This document shows, in pieces, positions 42,163 to 54,191 of a DNA stretch of 64,000 nucleotides; within the stretch, counting starts at the first letter, position 1, and every line of letters starts with the position of its first letter. The DNA is taken from positions 101,744,001 through 101,808,000 of the forward strand of contig NC_086097.1 of the NCBI RefSeq assembly GCF_963921235.1, given 5' to 3'. Made by a program: the position numbers and the translations under genes. Under the pieces are notes generated by a model. That model did no database searches, was not told the origin of the DNA, and was given only the letters and a program-made list of their open reading frames with translations. The DNA is from Mobula hypostoma. Lineage: Eukaryota.

Positions 42163-43619
42163 AGCAGATCTAAGATGCATCCAGTTATCAGAGAGTTCAA
42201 TTTAATTCAAAGTATTGTAAGAGTTGATACCTTAATGGTTAATTAAAGTATAACTGATCATAGAAAAAAAACTCAGAGGTAATGGAGCGAGTCAAGAACG
42301 CGACTTCACTCCATGAGCGCTACCGGAAGTCCCCAAGGACAGAAACTCTTGAAAGCACCTTACACCTGATAACCAGGTGTACAACAGCACTGTTGCCAGT
42401 GTCTCAAAGTTTTCTTTATTTTCTGTATATGTTTCATTTGCCGCACTTCCCAGTTCCCCCAAATCATATTTCCAGAACCTTCTGGCTCAGATCCAACAGT
42501 GAGAGGATGAGTCTGACCAGCTGACAAAGAACAGGGCCGTGTTTTCGCCGTGATTGACTTGGCCCCACAAGGTAAATTCAAACTGACTGCAGACACGGAT
42601 CAATCTGCGATCTGGAGAGAAGACAGCGGCATTGTTTACGTTCAGAGAGGCCTCGACCTGAGTGCCTCCACTGACTGGGATTGTCACATTCTCCTCGATA
42701 AGCTCAGCAAAAGGCCGTCACAAACAAGACAGAAGACAGCCTTGCCCAGCTCAGAGGAAAGGTCTCTTTGGTCATGACTATACCAATGAAGAGATGAAAA
42801 TTAGATGAGTGAGTCACCATGAACCACCTCACACAATTTCAGCAGTATCTGTATATGGCCCTGGCATCAGACTGCTCGAGGAAACACACTGGGGCTAAGG
42901 GGGTGCATCAGAGACTGGTCATTACATGTGTCTTCAGAGCTTTGTTATATCTTTGTGAATCTTCAGCCCAAATCCCACTGTGAAGAACATGCCCATCATA
43001 TACACGAGCAATGTTCTGTCAAAAGCCTCCTCCTGATTCAAGTTGACTGGCCAGTGTTCACCCTCTCTCCTACTTAGAGGTGACTGTGTCCCTGTTAAGC
43101 TTGCTAAGAGATCTCCCTATGATCTTGGAGGACTCCAATGCAAAGAATGAGGCTTGTTGGTTCCCTGCTTCTTGAAGCCCTCCCTGAGCATCTATCCCAT
43201 TCAACTGTCGGCGTCAATTATTTTCTGGAGTTGTGCTGTCTGCTTCTGACTCTCTCTTGCTTTCTGGACATTTTTAAGGATAGCTGTCTTGATTGCATTC
43301 TACCATTACACAGGAGAATCTAAGTTCTCAACCCTAGCTCTTGGTGCTTTCATGTCCCTCTAGTAATCCTCTCATCCTTCTGTCAGTAACAGCAGAGTGC
43401 TGCAGTAATTTGGTGGACTTAAGAGTGAACATATTGGACAGAAAATCTATTCTGAACTGGACTGACCTCCCTGGTTTAGACCGAGTGCATAGGTGTGCTC
43501 CATCCACAGAGTTAGTGAGCAGCTCATAAGCCTTGCACTCGGGACTCTGAAGGTAGTATCGACTTTGTTGATGTTGTGGGACACCACGCACGGCTGCTAG
43601 TACCACACACATCCTGAAG

Positions 43620-43880
43620 ATTAGCTTTATCTGTCACACGTACATAGTGAAATGCATCGTTTGCATCAACAAACAACACAGTCCGAGGATGTGCTGGGGG
43701 CAGCCTGCAAGTGTCCCCACACTTCTGGCGCCAACACAGCACATCCACAGCTCACTAGCACTAACCAGCACAAAAGTAGAATGTGCGGAAAACTGAGCTC
43801 CTGGCGGAAACCCACGTGGTCACAAGGAGAATATACAAATGTGCAGACAGCAGCGAGAATTAAACCTAGTCGCTGGTGTT
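43620..43880 (-). mobile_element. SINE-like composite repeat (V-domain-like), related to 46905-47190
   Basis: Both share TTAGCTTTAT.TGTCACG...GAGGA.TGTGCTG...CACA.CTCACTAGC.CTAAC...GAATGTG.G.GGAAAC. Confidence 0.6.
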
Positions 43881-44614
43881 GTCAGGGCCAGTGTGGGGTT
43901 AGTGTAAGTAGGTGGCCAGCAGAGACACAGTGGCCCGAAAAGGTCCATCCTGTACCTCTCCATCACTCTGGTTGGGGAGGAGTTTAACGAATCCTGAGCT
44001 AATACAGAGTGGGAGGCTGTATCTCATCGAGCACAATGCAACAGGTGGACTCCCCGCAGCTCTGGGCTCCAGCAGAAACACAGCTTTTTGCATCATTCCC
44101 TCCCTCCACTCCTTTCCCCCACCACCCTCTCTCTTTCTCATGCACGGCAGCTTCTGACGCTGCCTTCGTAGCCACTAGTCAGGGAAACGAAATGCATGCG
44201 AGGTGACCTTTCGCTCCCTGGCAGCCTGGATTTATGTACTCATTGTCAATAGCATTTTTGTTGCCAGGATGGTTAAGGAGACAACTGCAAATATAACTCG
44301 CTGCCTTTGCTGTCTCCCCCAGAGCTGGAATGTCCTGCTGTCAGTGACATAGCAATATTCCTCTGACCTGTGCAATGTAAGATAACAGGAAATGAACAAG
44401 CCACAAAGACAGTCACTATTTTACACTGCCTGCTAGTTGAGCTAATTCTGAATTAAAGGTGCTTTGATGGGGAAAAGCCCCACCACTTTTCACAGGATAA
44501 AAAGATCACACAGCTATCAGTAAGAACATCATAGTAATCTGCTTTGGAGAGTAAAGGTTCTGTATCTGAACACACATAGCATTCGAAACAGAACAAACAA
44601 AATTAGAGCACAAA

Positions 44615-45256
44615 TCTAAGGCCCAACAGAGGCTCTACTTCCTAAGGAAGCTAAAGCACGCTCTCCTCCCTCATCACCTGCTGATCAACTTCTATCGGAC
44701 AACTATAGAGAGCCTCCTGACGTATTGCTGTGCAATGTGGTTTGCCAGCTGCACAGAGCAGAACAGGAAGGACTTGCAGTGGGTGGTGAGGGTAGCAGAG
44801 CAGGTTATTGGCACAACATTACCCTCCCTCAGAGACATTTATACTGGCAGACTTCAAAAGAAGGCTACTTGTATTTCAAAGGATCTCACTCATCCTGGAC
44901 ATCACCTGTTTTCCCCTCTATCTTCTGGGAAGAGATACAGAGCATTAAGGACGAAAACAAAGAGACTCCTTAACAGCTTCTACCCACAAGCAGTGAAATG
45001 TACAACACCCCCTTCCGTTCTCCTGACCCCCCTCCTAAGTCGGCGGCAGCTAAATGCATCACACTTTAGGAATGGCAGGTGTGCAATAGTCCTACCCCCC
45101 CATCCATATATTATTAATTTTGGACTGCACTCCTGAGGTTTTAGTTTATTTTATGTATATATTCTTTGTCATGCTGCAAAACGTTGAGCTGCTAAACTGT
45201 CTTTCATTGCTCCACAACAATGACAATAAAGATATTCTTCTTCTTCTTCTTCTTCT
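44615..45256 (+). mobile_element. Rex1/Babar-like LINE 3' fragment with a (TTC)n tail
   Basis: RKDLQWVVRVAEQVIG, HPGHHLFSPLSSGKRYR and NSFYPQAV; AATAAA followed by TTC repeats. Confidence 0.85.
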
Positions 45257-45514
45257 AAATAAATCTCAGCCAACAGCCACAGCAGAAACACCTCTACAAA
45301 GGTTGGGAGCCAATTACTGATGGGTACAGGGCAATTAGCAAAGGTGAGAAGTTAGGAAAAGGTAGAAGGGTGCCTCTGTTAAATAATAGTGGTCTCAGAA
45401 AAGCAGGCAGGATTGGTTTTAGATTGGCCACAGAAGACAGAGTAGTGGAGGAGAGGTATTATTCTGAATGGAGATCTGCAACCAGTGACATTCAACAGAA
45501 ATAAGTGCTGTGAT

Positions 45515-45783
45515 GCCTGTTTCCGCCCATGACGAAGTCAAGCTCCCTTCCGTCACCTCCTTCCACGATGATGTCAAGCTCTCTTTCATCACTTCCATCT
45601 CCAAGCCCACTACTTTGGCAAGTATTCAACACCCTGCACCGATGACCCCTTGTCCCGTCTCCAACCCTCTTTCCCTTCCTGGACACTCTGCTCTGGATCT
45701 CTGCATTTCCAATTGTCTCCGAGACATCAATCAGCTCAACTTCAGCATTCCCCTCTCCTCCTCAGACATTACCCCCTCTGAAC
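45515..45783 (+). mobile_element. Internal fragment of a Penelope-like element
   Basis: ALDLCISNCLRDINQLNFSIPLSSSDITPSE matches ALDLFISNCRRDINHLNFTTPLSCSNLTPSE in the element at 60552-61466. Confidence 0.85.
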
Positions 45784-45789
45784 AGAAAG

Positions 45790-46730
45790 GGAAAGAACTG
45801 GGATAGGCCGTCGATGGGCAAATGGAGTATAAAATGGGAGTATACAGTTGGGAAGAAGAACAACAGAACAGGTTCCGTAGTTAAATATAGAAAAAGAGCA
45901 GAAAGCTGTGGCGCAGAGGCATTGAGAGCCCTTGGGCAGGAAGCACGGGAAGCTGGTGTGCAAGTGCAGCACGTGATGGAACAAGTCAGTGGGATAACGC
46001 CCCCGACCTCAGCAGAGTCAGACTATTAAAGAGACAAAGTCCTACTGCAACAGGATAAGATGAGACCACACCCAGAATACTGCAAATTATTTTGCACCCC
46101 ACCCCCATCTAAATAAAGATATTATTTTGCTGACCTGTGAATAAAGGTTATTTAGAATGACCTGTTGAAACCTATGTGATGTTAAGTTTAACATTCAGTG
46201 TTTATGATTCTAATGCGAGACTGGCTGTGTTCCTCTCATGGCAGAGTCCAGAACATGGTCTCAGAATAAAGGTACACTCATGCAACGAACTGCTTCATGC
46301 ATGAGAAACGGTTTGCGTCTGGAGGCCTGTACTTGATGGAATTCAGGATGAGAGGGTGTGGATCTCATTGAAAACTAACAGAACTGAACGGCCTGGATTG
46401 AGTGGATGTGGAGTGGATGTCTCCATTTGTAGGAGAGTGTCAGACACAAGGAATGGTCTCAGAATAAAGGGATGCCACATTAAAATTGTGATGAGGAGGA
46501 ATTTCTTAAGCATATTATGATTCTGTGGAATTTGTTGTCACAGAAAATTGTGGAAGCCAAGTCATCAGACATACTTAAGGCAGAGACTGATATGTTCTAG
46601 ACTGATAAGAGAGTTAAGGGTTTTGGGAGAAGACTGGAGAATGAGGTTCTTAAAAAAAAACAGCCATGATTAAACAATGGAGCAAACTCAATGGGTGAGA
46701 TAGCCTAATTCTGCTTATGTATCGTATGGG
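45790..46730 (+). mobile_element. Degenerate CR1 fragments
   Basis: GGCAAATGGAGTATAA (WQMEYN-like), AGACCACACCCAGAATACTG, and a CR1-type 3' UTR ending GCCTAATTCTGCTTATGTATCGTATGG. Confidence 0.7.
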
Positions 46731-46904
46731 CTGAGCAGAGGATATTCTTTTCCAAACTGGACAGGTGTAAGTCCTTGCCGAAGAGAAATGAGAGCACACA
46801 GACCCAGGGAATACTGAAAACGAGTTAAACAGATTTCTAATCAGTAGAAGATTAAAGTGCATAGGGAGAGGACCAAAAAAAGTGAATAATGTTGGATCTA
46901 AAGA

Positions 46905-47190
46905 GAGAGATTAGCTTTATTTGTCACGTGCACATCAAGATGTTCATTTCGTTTGAGTCAAATCAAATCAGCGAGGATTGTGCTGATGAGCCCGCAACAG
47001 CCGCCATGCTACCCACGCCAACAAAGCGTGCCCACAACTCACTAGCCCTAACTACACATCTTTGGAATGTGGGAGGAAACCAGAGCACCTGGAGGAAACA
47101 CACACAGTAATGGAGAGAAGGTACTGACAGAGATGGAAATGAACCACGATCGGTGAGCATAGGGTTACACTAACCGCTACACTACATTGC
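46905..47190 (-). mobile_element. V-domain-type SINE composite
   Basis: TTTGGAATGTGGGAGGAAACCAGAGCACCTGGAGGAAAC is the reverse complement of the V-SINE-like core. Confidence 0.65.
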
Positions 47191-47365
47191 CACAGTTGGA
47201 TCTTACTGGATGTGTGAGCTGGTTTGAAGGGCTGACCAGCCTTCACGGTTCCTACTTATAACCTAACAGTTTGAAGAAATGAAAGCCAATCCAAAAGGTA
47301 TGCAGATTATAAGGGAGGACTTTGATATACATGATACTGTACATTAGAAAATTGGAAGGGCAAAT

Positions 47366-47470
47366 GCAGTCTAGCTGAAGGGTTTCAACCCAAAACACTG
47401 ACTCTCCATTTCCTCCACAGATGCTACTTCACCTGCTAAGTTCCTCCAACCTCTTGTGTGTTGCTCCAAA
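47366..47470 (+). mobile_element. Decayed Penelope pseudo-LTR fragment
   Basis: Aligns by eye to 62993-63095 (GAAGGGTTTCAACCCAAAACACTGAC...ACAGATGCT...CCTGCTAAGTTCCTCCA). Confidence 0.7.
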
Positions 47471-47509
47471 AGGGAAGTTTAGAGTTTCTACGGAAAGAGG
47501 ATGAGCGTG

Positions 47510-49073
47510 AGCTTTTGGAAAACATCAAGTTGGATAAGTCACCGGGATCAGACTACCCCAGGCTACTGTAGGAGGCAAGGGAGGAGATTTCTGAGCCTCT
47601 GGCAATGATCTTTACATCATCAATGAGGACAGGAGAGGTTCCAGAGGATTGGAGATTTGCAGATGTTGTTCCCTTATTCAAGAAAGGGAGTAGAGATAGC
47701 CCAGGAAACTATAGACCAGTGAGTCTTACTTCAGTAGTTGGTAAGTTGATGGAGAAGATCCTGAGAGGCAGGATTTATGAACATTTGGAGAGGCATAATA
47801 TGATTAGGAATAGTCAGCATGGCTTTATCAAAGGCAGTCGTGCTTTACAAGCCTGATTGAATTTTTTTGAGGATGTGACTAAACACATTGATGAAGGTAG
47901 AGCAGTAGATGTAGTATTCAGCAAGGCATTTGATAAGGCACCTCATGCAAGGCTTATTGAGAAAGTAAGGAGGCATGGGATCCAAGGGGACATTGCTTTG
48001 TGGATCCAGAACTGGCTTACCCACAGAAGGCTAAGAGTGGTTGTAGGTAGGTTATATTCTGCATGGAGGTTGGTGACCAGTGGTGTGCCTCAGGGATCTG
48101 TTCTGGGACCCCTTCTCTTCATGATTTTTATAAATGACCTGGGTGAGGGAGTGGAGGGATGGGATAGTAAATTTGCTGATGACACAAAGGTTGAGGGTGT
48201 TGTGGATAGTGTGGAGGGCTGTCAGAGGTTACAGTGGGACATCAATAGGATGCAAAATTGGGCTAAATGGCAGATAGAGTTCAATCCAGATAAGTGTGAG
48301 GTGGTTCGTTTTGGTAGGTCAAATATGATGGCAGAATATAGTATTAATGGTAAGACTCTTGGCAGTGTGGAGGATCAGAGGGATCTTGGGTCCGAGTCCA
48401 TAGGATACTCAAAGCTGCTGCACAGGTTGACTCTGTGGTTAAGAACGCATACGGTGCATTGGCCTTCATCAACCATGGGATTGAGTTCAAGAGTCGAGAG
48501 GTAATGTTATAGCTATAAAGGATCCTGGTCAGACCCCACTTGGAGTTATGTGCTCAGTTCTGGTAACCTCACTACAGGAAGGATGTGGAAACTATAGAAA
48601 GGATGTAGTGGAGATTTACAAGGATGTTGCCTGGATTGGCGAGCATGCCTTATGAGAATAGATTGAGAGAACTTGGCCTTTTCTCCTTGGAGCGACGGAG
48701 GATGAGAGGTGACCTGATAGAGATGTATAAGATGATGAGAGGCATTGATTGTGTGGATAGTCAGAGGCTTTTTCCCAGGGCTGAAATGGCTAACACAAGA
48801 GGGCACAGTTTTAAGGTGCTTGGAAGTAGGTATAGGGGAGATGTCAGGAGTAAGTTTTGTTTGCAGAGAGTTGCGAGTGCATGGAATGGGCTGCCGGCGA
48901 TGGTGGTGGAGATGGGTATGATAGGGTCTTTTAAGAGACTCCTGGTCAGGTACATGGAGCTTAGAAGAATAGAGGGCTATGGTAACCCAAGGTAATTTCT
49001 AAAGTTAGTACCTGTTCAGCACAGCATTGTGGGCTGAAGGGCCTGTATTGTGCTGAAGGTTTTGTATGTTTCT
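47510..49073 (+). mobile_element. CR1 LINE, 5'-truncated
   Basis: VPEDWRFADVVPLFKKG, NYRPVSLTSVVGK, SKAFDK, GVPQGSVLGPLLF and KFADDTK; tail TTTTGTATGTTTCTA. Confidence 0.93.
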
Positions 49074-49074
49074 A

Positions 49075-50195
49075 CGTTTGTCTTATTTCTTCAGCAACCT
49101 CTCTCAGGACTCTAGGCTGTAGTCCAACTGGTCCAGGAGATATATCCACCTGAAGACCTTTGAGTTTGCCTTGCACTTTTTCCTTTGTAATAACAATGGC
49201 ACTCACTCCTGCTCTCTGACACTCACGGACCTCTGGCACACTGTTAGTGTCTTCCACAGTGTACACTGATGCAAAGTACCCATTAAGTTCATCTGCCATT
49301 TCTCTGTGCTCCCATTACTACCTCATCAGCATCATTTTCCAGAGGTCCAATATCAACTCTCACCTTCCTTTTACTCTTTATATAACTGAAAAAACTTTTA
49401 GTATCCTGCTTTATATTATGGGTTAGTTTGCCTTTGCATTTCATCTTTTCCCTTCTAATAGCTTTTTAGTTGCCTTTTGTTGGATTTTAAAAGCTTCCCA
49501 ATCATCCAACTTCCCACTCACTTTTGCTACCTTAAATGCCCTTTCCTTGGTTCTTATGCAGTTCTTAACTTCCCTTGTCAGCCACGGTTTCCTACCCATT
49601 TGAGAACAACTTCTTCTGTGGGACATACTGTATCTATTACAAGAAACTTCAGCCATCTTTGCTCTGCCATCATCCCCGCCAGCTCTTCTCATGCCTCTGT
49701 AATTCCCTTTACTCCACCATGATCAGGGGGTATGGAGGGAAGGCTGGGGCGGGGTTCTGAGTTGGATGATCAGCCATGATCATAATAAATGGCGGTGCAG
49801 GCTCGAAGGGCTGAATGGCCTACTCCTGCACCTATTTTCTATGTTTCTATGTTTCTATGATATTGATACATGTGACTTATGCTTCTCCCTCTCAATCTGC
49901 AATATGAATTCAATCATATTATGATCACTGCCTCACAAGCATTCCCTTCCATTAAGCTCCCTAATAACATCTGGGTTATTAAATGACACCCAATCTAAGA
50001 TAGCATTTCCCCAAGCAGGCTCAAGCACAAGCTGCTCTAGAACGCTATCTCGTAGGCATTCAACAAGTTCTCTCTATTGTGATCTGACACCAACCTGATT
50101 TTCACAATCCTCTTGCATATCGAATTCCCCCATTACAATTGTGACATTACCCTTATTACATGCTTTTTCAGCTCTCTTTACAATCTCAACCCCAC
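49075..50195 (-). mobile_element. CR1 internal fragment (endonuclease-to-RT linker), interrupted by a plus-strand CR1 3' tail at ~49720-49858
   Basis: MADELNGYFASVYTVED, KPWLTREVKNCI and ACNKGNVTIVMGEFDM peptides. Confidence 0.85.
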
Positions 50196-50199
50196 GTCC

Positions 50200-50690
50200 A
50201 AGTTCATAGCTGATAGGGTGGTTAAGAAGGCTTATGGAATGTTTGCTTTTATTAGTCGAGGCACTGAGTTCAAAAATCAAGAAGTTATGTGGCAACTTTT
50301 TAAGACTCTGATTAGGCCACATCTGGAGTATTGCATACAGTCCTGGTTGCCCCACTAAGGAAGGAAGTCGAGGCTTCGGAGAGAGTGCAGAAGAGGTTTA
50401 CCAAGATGCTGCCTGGTCTAGAGGCCATTTGCAATCTGGAGAAGCTTGTTTTCTCTGGAGTGCTGGAGACTGAGGAGAAATATGATAGAGGTTTACAAGA
50501 TTTTGAGAGGCATAAATAGAGTAGACAGATGTTTGGATAGATAGATGCATGGATGTAAGGAAGATGGATGGATCTGGACATTGTGTAGGTAGGAAGGAGT
50601 AATGTTTGCGTGTTTTTGATTAGCTTTTCAGATGGTTTGACACAACACTGTGGGCCAAGTAGTCAGTTCCCGTGCTGTACTGTTCTGTGT
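50200..50690 (+). mobile_element. CR1 3' fragment
   Basis: VVKKAYGMFAFISRG, LIRPHLEYCIQSW and ERVQKRFTKMLPGL. Confidence 0.85.
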
Positions 50691-50989
50691 TAAGGGCCTT
50701 TGATGTCAAGGAAAAGAGCAATGGAAATGTCTAATTCCTTTCAATTAATTCCCTTCTAGTTTGCTTCTGAACTCCCTCAGGATCTAATTCCACAAACCTT
50801 GACTCTTTCTCATCTCTTTGGTCTTCCCTAAGTGGTGGCCATGGGTTGGTCTGACCTCAGGAGCCATCGAGTGTGGTTCTGTCCGCCCGCGCTCTCACTT
50901 TTCAGTGATCACTCGTAACTCTCTCTCCTTCTCTGCAACAGCTAAAGCCCATCCACTTCCTCAGACCACCAGCACTGAGGTTAGTATAC

Positions 50990-51398
50990 TCTAACTCTTT
51001 GGGTGTCAGGGTGGAGATACATCTCTACCAAGGGAGGTGTAAGAACTCTTTCCCTTTGCCAGCCTGCGGGTCACCCTTGGGCAAGGTGTAGCATCTGCTT
51101 AGCCCCCCCACCCCCACCCCCACCGATCAGGGCCACATGAAGCCATGGGAGCAGATGGTGGATGGTCGTATGAGCAACTGGTGCATATCACAAGTCCTGG
51201 TTATGTGACCATTGACACCAGGCAGAGAGTCTCTGAAGAGTATTGATAATGGTTGGGGTTACCCATCTTGTAAAGACAGTGCCCAGTGGAAGCCAATGGC
51301 AAATCACTTCTGTAGAAAAATTTGCCAAGAACAATCATAGTCATGGAAAGAGCACGAGTGCCCACGTCATACAGCATGGCACAAAACCAATGAATGAA
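50990..51398 (+). mobile_element. Probable RTE-related 3' fragment or SINE ending in (AATG)n
   Basis: Recalled resemblance; short tandem tail CCAATGAATGAA. Confidence 0.4.
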
Positions 51399-52099
51399 CT
51401 CTGACTCTGTCTGGAATGAGTTAATTAGCCTGGTATGAGCCAGTCGGCCTGGGACAACCCAGACGACACTGGCTGGGCTGTTGAAGTGCGGCTTAGCCAT
51501 GGCCAACAGCAGTTGAACTAAACAGGGTACAGACAGGGTCCTTCCAGCACCACGGGTTGCCAGTACTGACAGACTGACTTGTATTGGCAATGTATTTGGC
51601 AAACGTCTTCAAGCAAACTCAGTAAACAGAGTACAGAGAAGGTGCACTCAAACATATTTTCTCTTGTAACTCAGGTATACAATCATTAATTAAAATTCTC
51701 TCAAGCATGTGCTGTGGATAATTATGTCTTTCATGGAAATGAGTAAATTAGCCATTATTTTAAAATTCAACAGGTAAACCAAAAGCCTCTGCTGTTCCAC
51801 ATTAGCCAGACGTCCATACTTAAAGGTGAAAGCAGCAGATTATAACGATGAATAGCTGTGTAACATAAGCAGACTTCAGGGTGGACTTATTAACTCTTTA
51901 CATTGGTGAGGACAGGAAACGCAGTTAACCAAATCATTACTGGACCAGTGTATGGGCAAATCAACCTTGTTTCCTGCATCCGAAACCAGAAATATGGAGA
52001 TAGTGGGTGAGGACACAAGTAGGTTTGGGTGCAGATTGCAAACCATCTCCAAACATTTACCTACAATGTGACAGAGGAAGCAGAGGGCATGGGGCTTAG

Positions 52100-52500
52100 A
52101 AATTACCCCTTTAAGTTACCTCACAATTCCACAGGCCACAGCAGCCTTCACGGACACAAGTATAGCTCCAGCAACACTCAAGAAGCTCAAACAATGCAAT
52201 CAGCACTTCAAACACCACTGCTCCACCATCAGTGCCCATGGCTGCCGTGTGCATTATCCAGCATTTCTTTCACACCATCTGTGACCTCCTTTATCCAGGA
52301 CAAAGGCAGGGGGCATAGATGAGCCTCACTATCTGCAAGAACCCCTCCAGGGCTTGCACTGCCTGACGTGTCAGCCTTCTGGCATCACTGGGACTAAATC
52401 CTGGAACTCCCTCCTTAACGTCACTGGGGAGGCAACTTCACCAGAAGGCCTGAAGCTCTTCAAGAAAGTGGCCCACTCCCCCACCCCCTCAGGTCAATAC
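52100..52500 (+). mobile_element. Old CR1/L2-like 3' fragment
   Basis: AAATCCTGGAACTCCCTCC...TTCAAGAAAGTGGCCCAC resembles a LINE C-terminus (WNSLP...FKK). Confidence 0.45.
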
Positions 52501-52610
52501 ATTTCTAGTGACATCATGTTCTGTGATTGAAAGAATCAGAAGCTGCCATAACAAGGCCTGACACTTGGGAGAGAATGGAGTACAGAAGCAGCATCTTCAG
52601 TTGTCCATAC

Positions 52611-52786
52611 CTGTAGTTTCTGGTGTCTCGGATCTCCCTGTCACTGGCCAGCTTGTCAGTCTCCCGCTGGTTGAACGCATGGTGCCCATAGGGATCTTCT
52701 CCGAGCTGCAGGAGCTTGCTGGAGAGATAGGCCTTCTCATCAAAGGTCTGCACTTTAGTTTTATCTAATGGCAGTGTTTTAGTTAT
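52611..52786 (-). CDS. GALNT16: Internal coding exon (probably exon 2) of a polypeptide N-acetylgalactosaminyltransferase, GALNT16-like
   Basis: Polypyrimidine tract and acceptor TTTCTTTTTCCAG|ATA; donor TACAG|GTATGG; 176 nt. Peptide ITKTLPLDKTKVQTFDEKAYLSSKLLQLGEDPYGHHAFNQRETDKLASDREIRDTRNY matches the recalled GALNT16 stem (FDEKAYLSAKQLKAGEDPYRQHAFNQLESDKL...IRDTRHY) better than GALNT14 or GALNT2. Confidence 0.88.
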
Positions 52787-52949
52787 CTGGAAAAAGAAAG
52801 GAAGAAATATGATTTCAACACGTTTTGGGGTCTGGATCCCTGACCCCACCTCAGCCAAAAGGGCTGGAGTTTCACTGAGGAGCCTCCAACCTCCAGAGGC
52901 CAAGGCCCATCGACAGCCTTGAGTAACCAGTATACAAACCAGACCAAAA

Positions 52950-53675
52950 GAAATCAGAATCAGGTTTATTATCACCAGCATGTGACGTGAAATTTGTTAA
53001 CTTAGCAGCAGCAGTTCAATGCAATACATAATCTAGCAGAGAGAGAAAAAAAACATAATAAACAAGTAAATCAATTACATATATTGAATAGATTTTTTTT
53101 ACAAATGTGCAAAATCAGAAATACTGCATATTTAAAAAAAAGTGAGGTAGTGTCCAAAGCTTCAATGTCCATTTAGGAATCGGATGGCAGAGGGAAAGCT
53201 GTTCCTGAATCACTGGGTGTGTGCCTTCAGGCTTCTGTACCTCCTGCCTGATGGTAACAGTGAGAAAAGGGCATGCCCTGGGTGCTGGAGGTCTTTAATA
53301 ATGGACTCTGCCTTTCTGAGACACCAATCCCTAAAGATGTCCTGGGTACTTTGTAGGCTAGTGCCCAAGATGGAGTTGACTAAATTTACAACCTTCTGCA
53401 GCTTCTTTCGGTCCTGTGCAGTAGCCCCTCCATCCCAGACAGTGATGCAGCCTGTCAGAATGCTCTCCATGGTACAATTATAGAAGTTTTTGAGTGTATT
53501 TGTTGATGCCAAATCTCTTCAAACTCCTAATAAAGTATAGCCGCTGTCTTGCCTTCTTTATGACTACATCGATATGTTGGGACCAGGTCAGATCTTCAGA
53601 GATCTTGATGCCCAGGAACTTGAAGCTGTTCACTCTCTCCACTTCTGATCCCTCTATGAGGATTGGTATGTGTTC
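52950..53675 (-). mobile_element. Rex1/Babar-like LINE 3' fragment, same family as 29543-30428
   Basis: SFKFLGIKISEDLTWSQHI, KNFYNCTMESILTGC and LLPSGRRYRSLK; tail AATAAACCTGATTCTGATT. Confidence 0.9.
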
Positions 53676-53734
53676 CAATGAAAATACAATGGCCTTTTTC
53701 ACCTGCAGAGTTCTTTGGAGGTGGAACGTCAGGT

Positions 53735-53855
53735 CCTGGTGGCCTGCTGCTGTGATGTGAAAACTACTGGTCAGTTTGTGCACAGACAGCAGTGAAAATC
53801 AACTGGATCAGGTCATCTGCTTTCAATCAATCAATAGCTAAATATTGACACAGAT
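53735..53855 (-). mobile_element. Possible ancient Deu-domain SINE remnant
   Basis: TGTGATGTGAAAAC...CAGTTTGTGCACAG...CAG.TCATCTG...TAAATATTG resembles the recalled reverse-strand DeuSINE core. Confidence 0.4.
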
Positions 53856-54191
53856 TAAAAAAGCGGGATTAGTCACATGGTGGACTATCCCACATCTACC
53901 TGGAATTTTAATCATATCTGGGACAGAGCTCTTTTTACACTGTGCTCCCTGCCTCCCCCTGAACTTGACTGAGTTTTGGTGTTGCACGTTGCTACACTGT
54001 CTTCTCCCAACAGCTTGGCTCCAAAAATGCATTCAGGGACCTCCTCTCCCGGAACTCACACCAATGTGGAGCCAGTAGAGCCTAACTAACCATCCCAAGC
54101 AGTCTGCCTCCTCAGCAGCATATTTACTAACCCCATATTTGTTATTATTTTTATTTTTTCTCAGCTCAGGCTGGTAAAACTGAGGTATGGG

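Larger units (their letters stand above)
36438..42333 (-). mobile_element. Full-length L1-clade LINE, 5896 bp
   Basis: 17-bp TSD CAAGGACAGAAACTCTT (36421-36437, 42334-42350); 5' end GGGACTTCCGGTAGCGCTC; ORF1 and ORF2 present; 3' AATAAA with an A-rich tail. Confidence 0.96.
36095..43620 (-). mobile_element. Old Tx1-type LINE ORF2 remnants (about 36095-36437 and 42334-43620), split by the L1
   Basis: Minus-strand pieces NLNQEEAFDR and VTIPVSGGTQVEASLNVNNAAVFS on the right of the L1, and SNVALVLMVT on the left, lie in the order expected for Tx1 ORF2. Confidence 0.7.

Noticed and set aside
45494..45788. AACAGAAA on both sides of the Penelope fragment as a TSD
   Set aside because: The left copy is part of the decayed CR1 and the host does not rejoin cleanly; probably chance
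47366..47405. Third hammerhead motif
   Set aside because: Core boxes are destroyed (no CUGANGA, and CAAAAC instead of CGAAAC)
52514..52981. 155-aa ORF with a hydrophobic N-terminus, resembling a complete type II membrane protein
   Set aside because: The start lies in a LINE tail; only 52611-52786, bounded by AG/GT, is GALNT-like, and the rest is intron read-through
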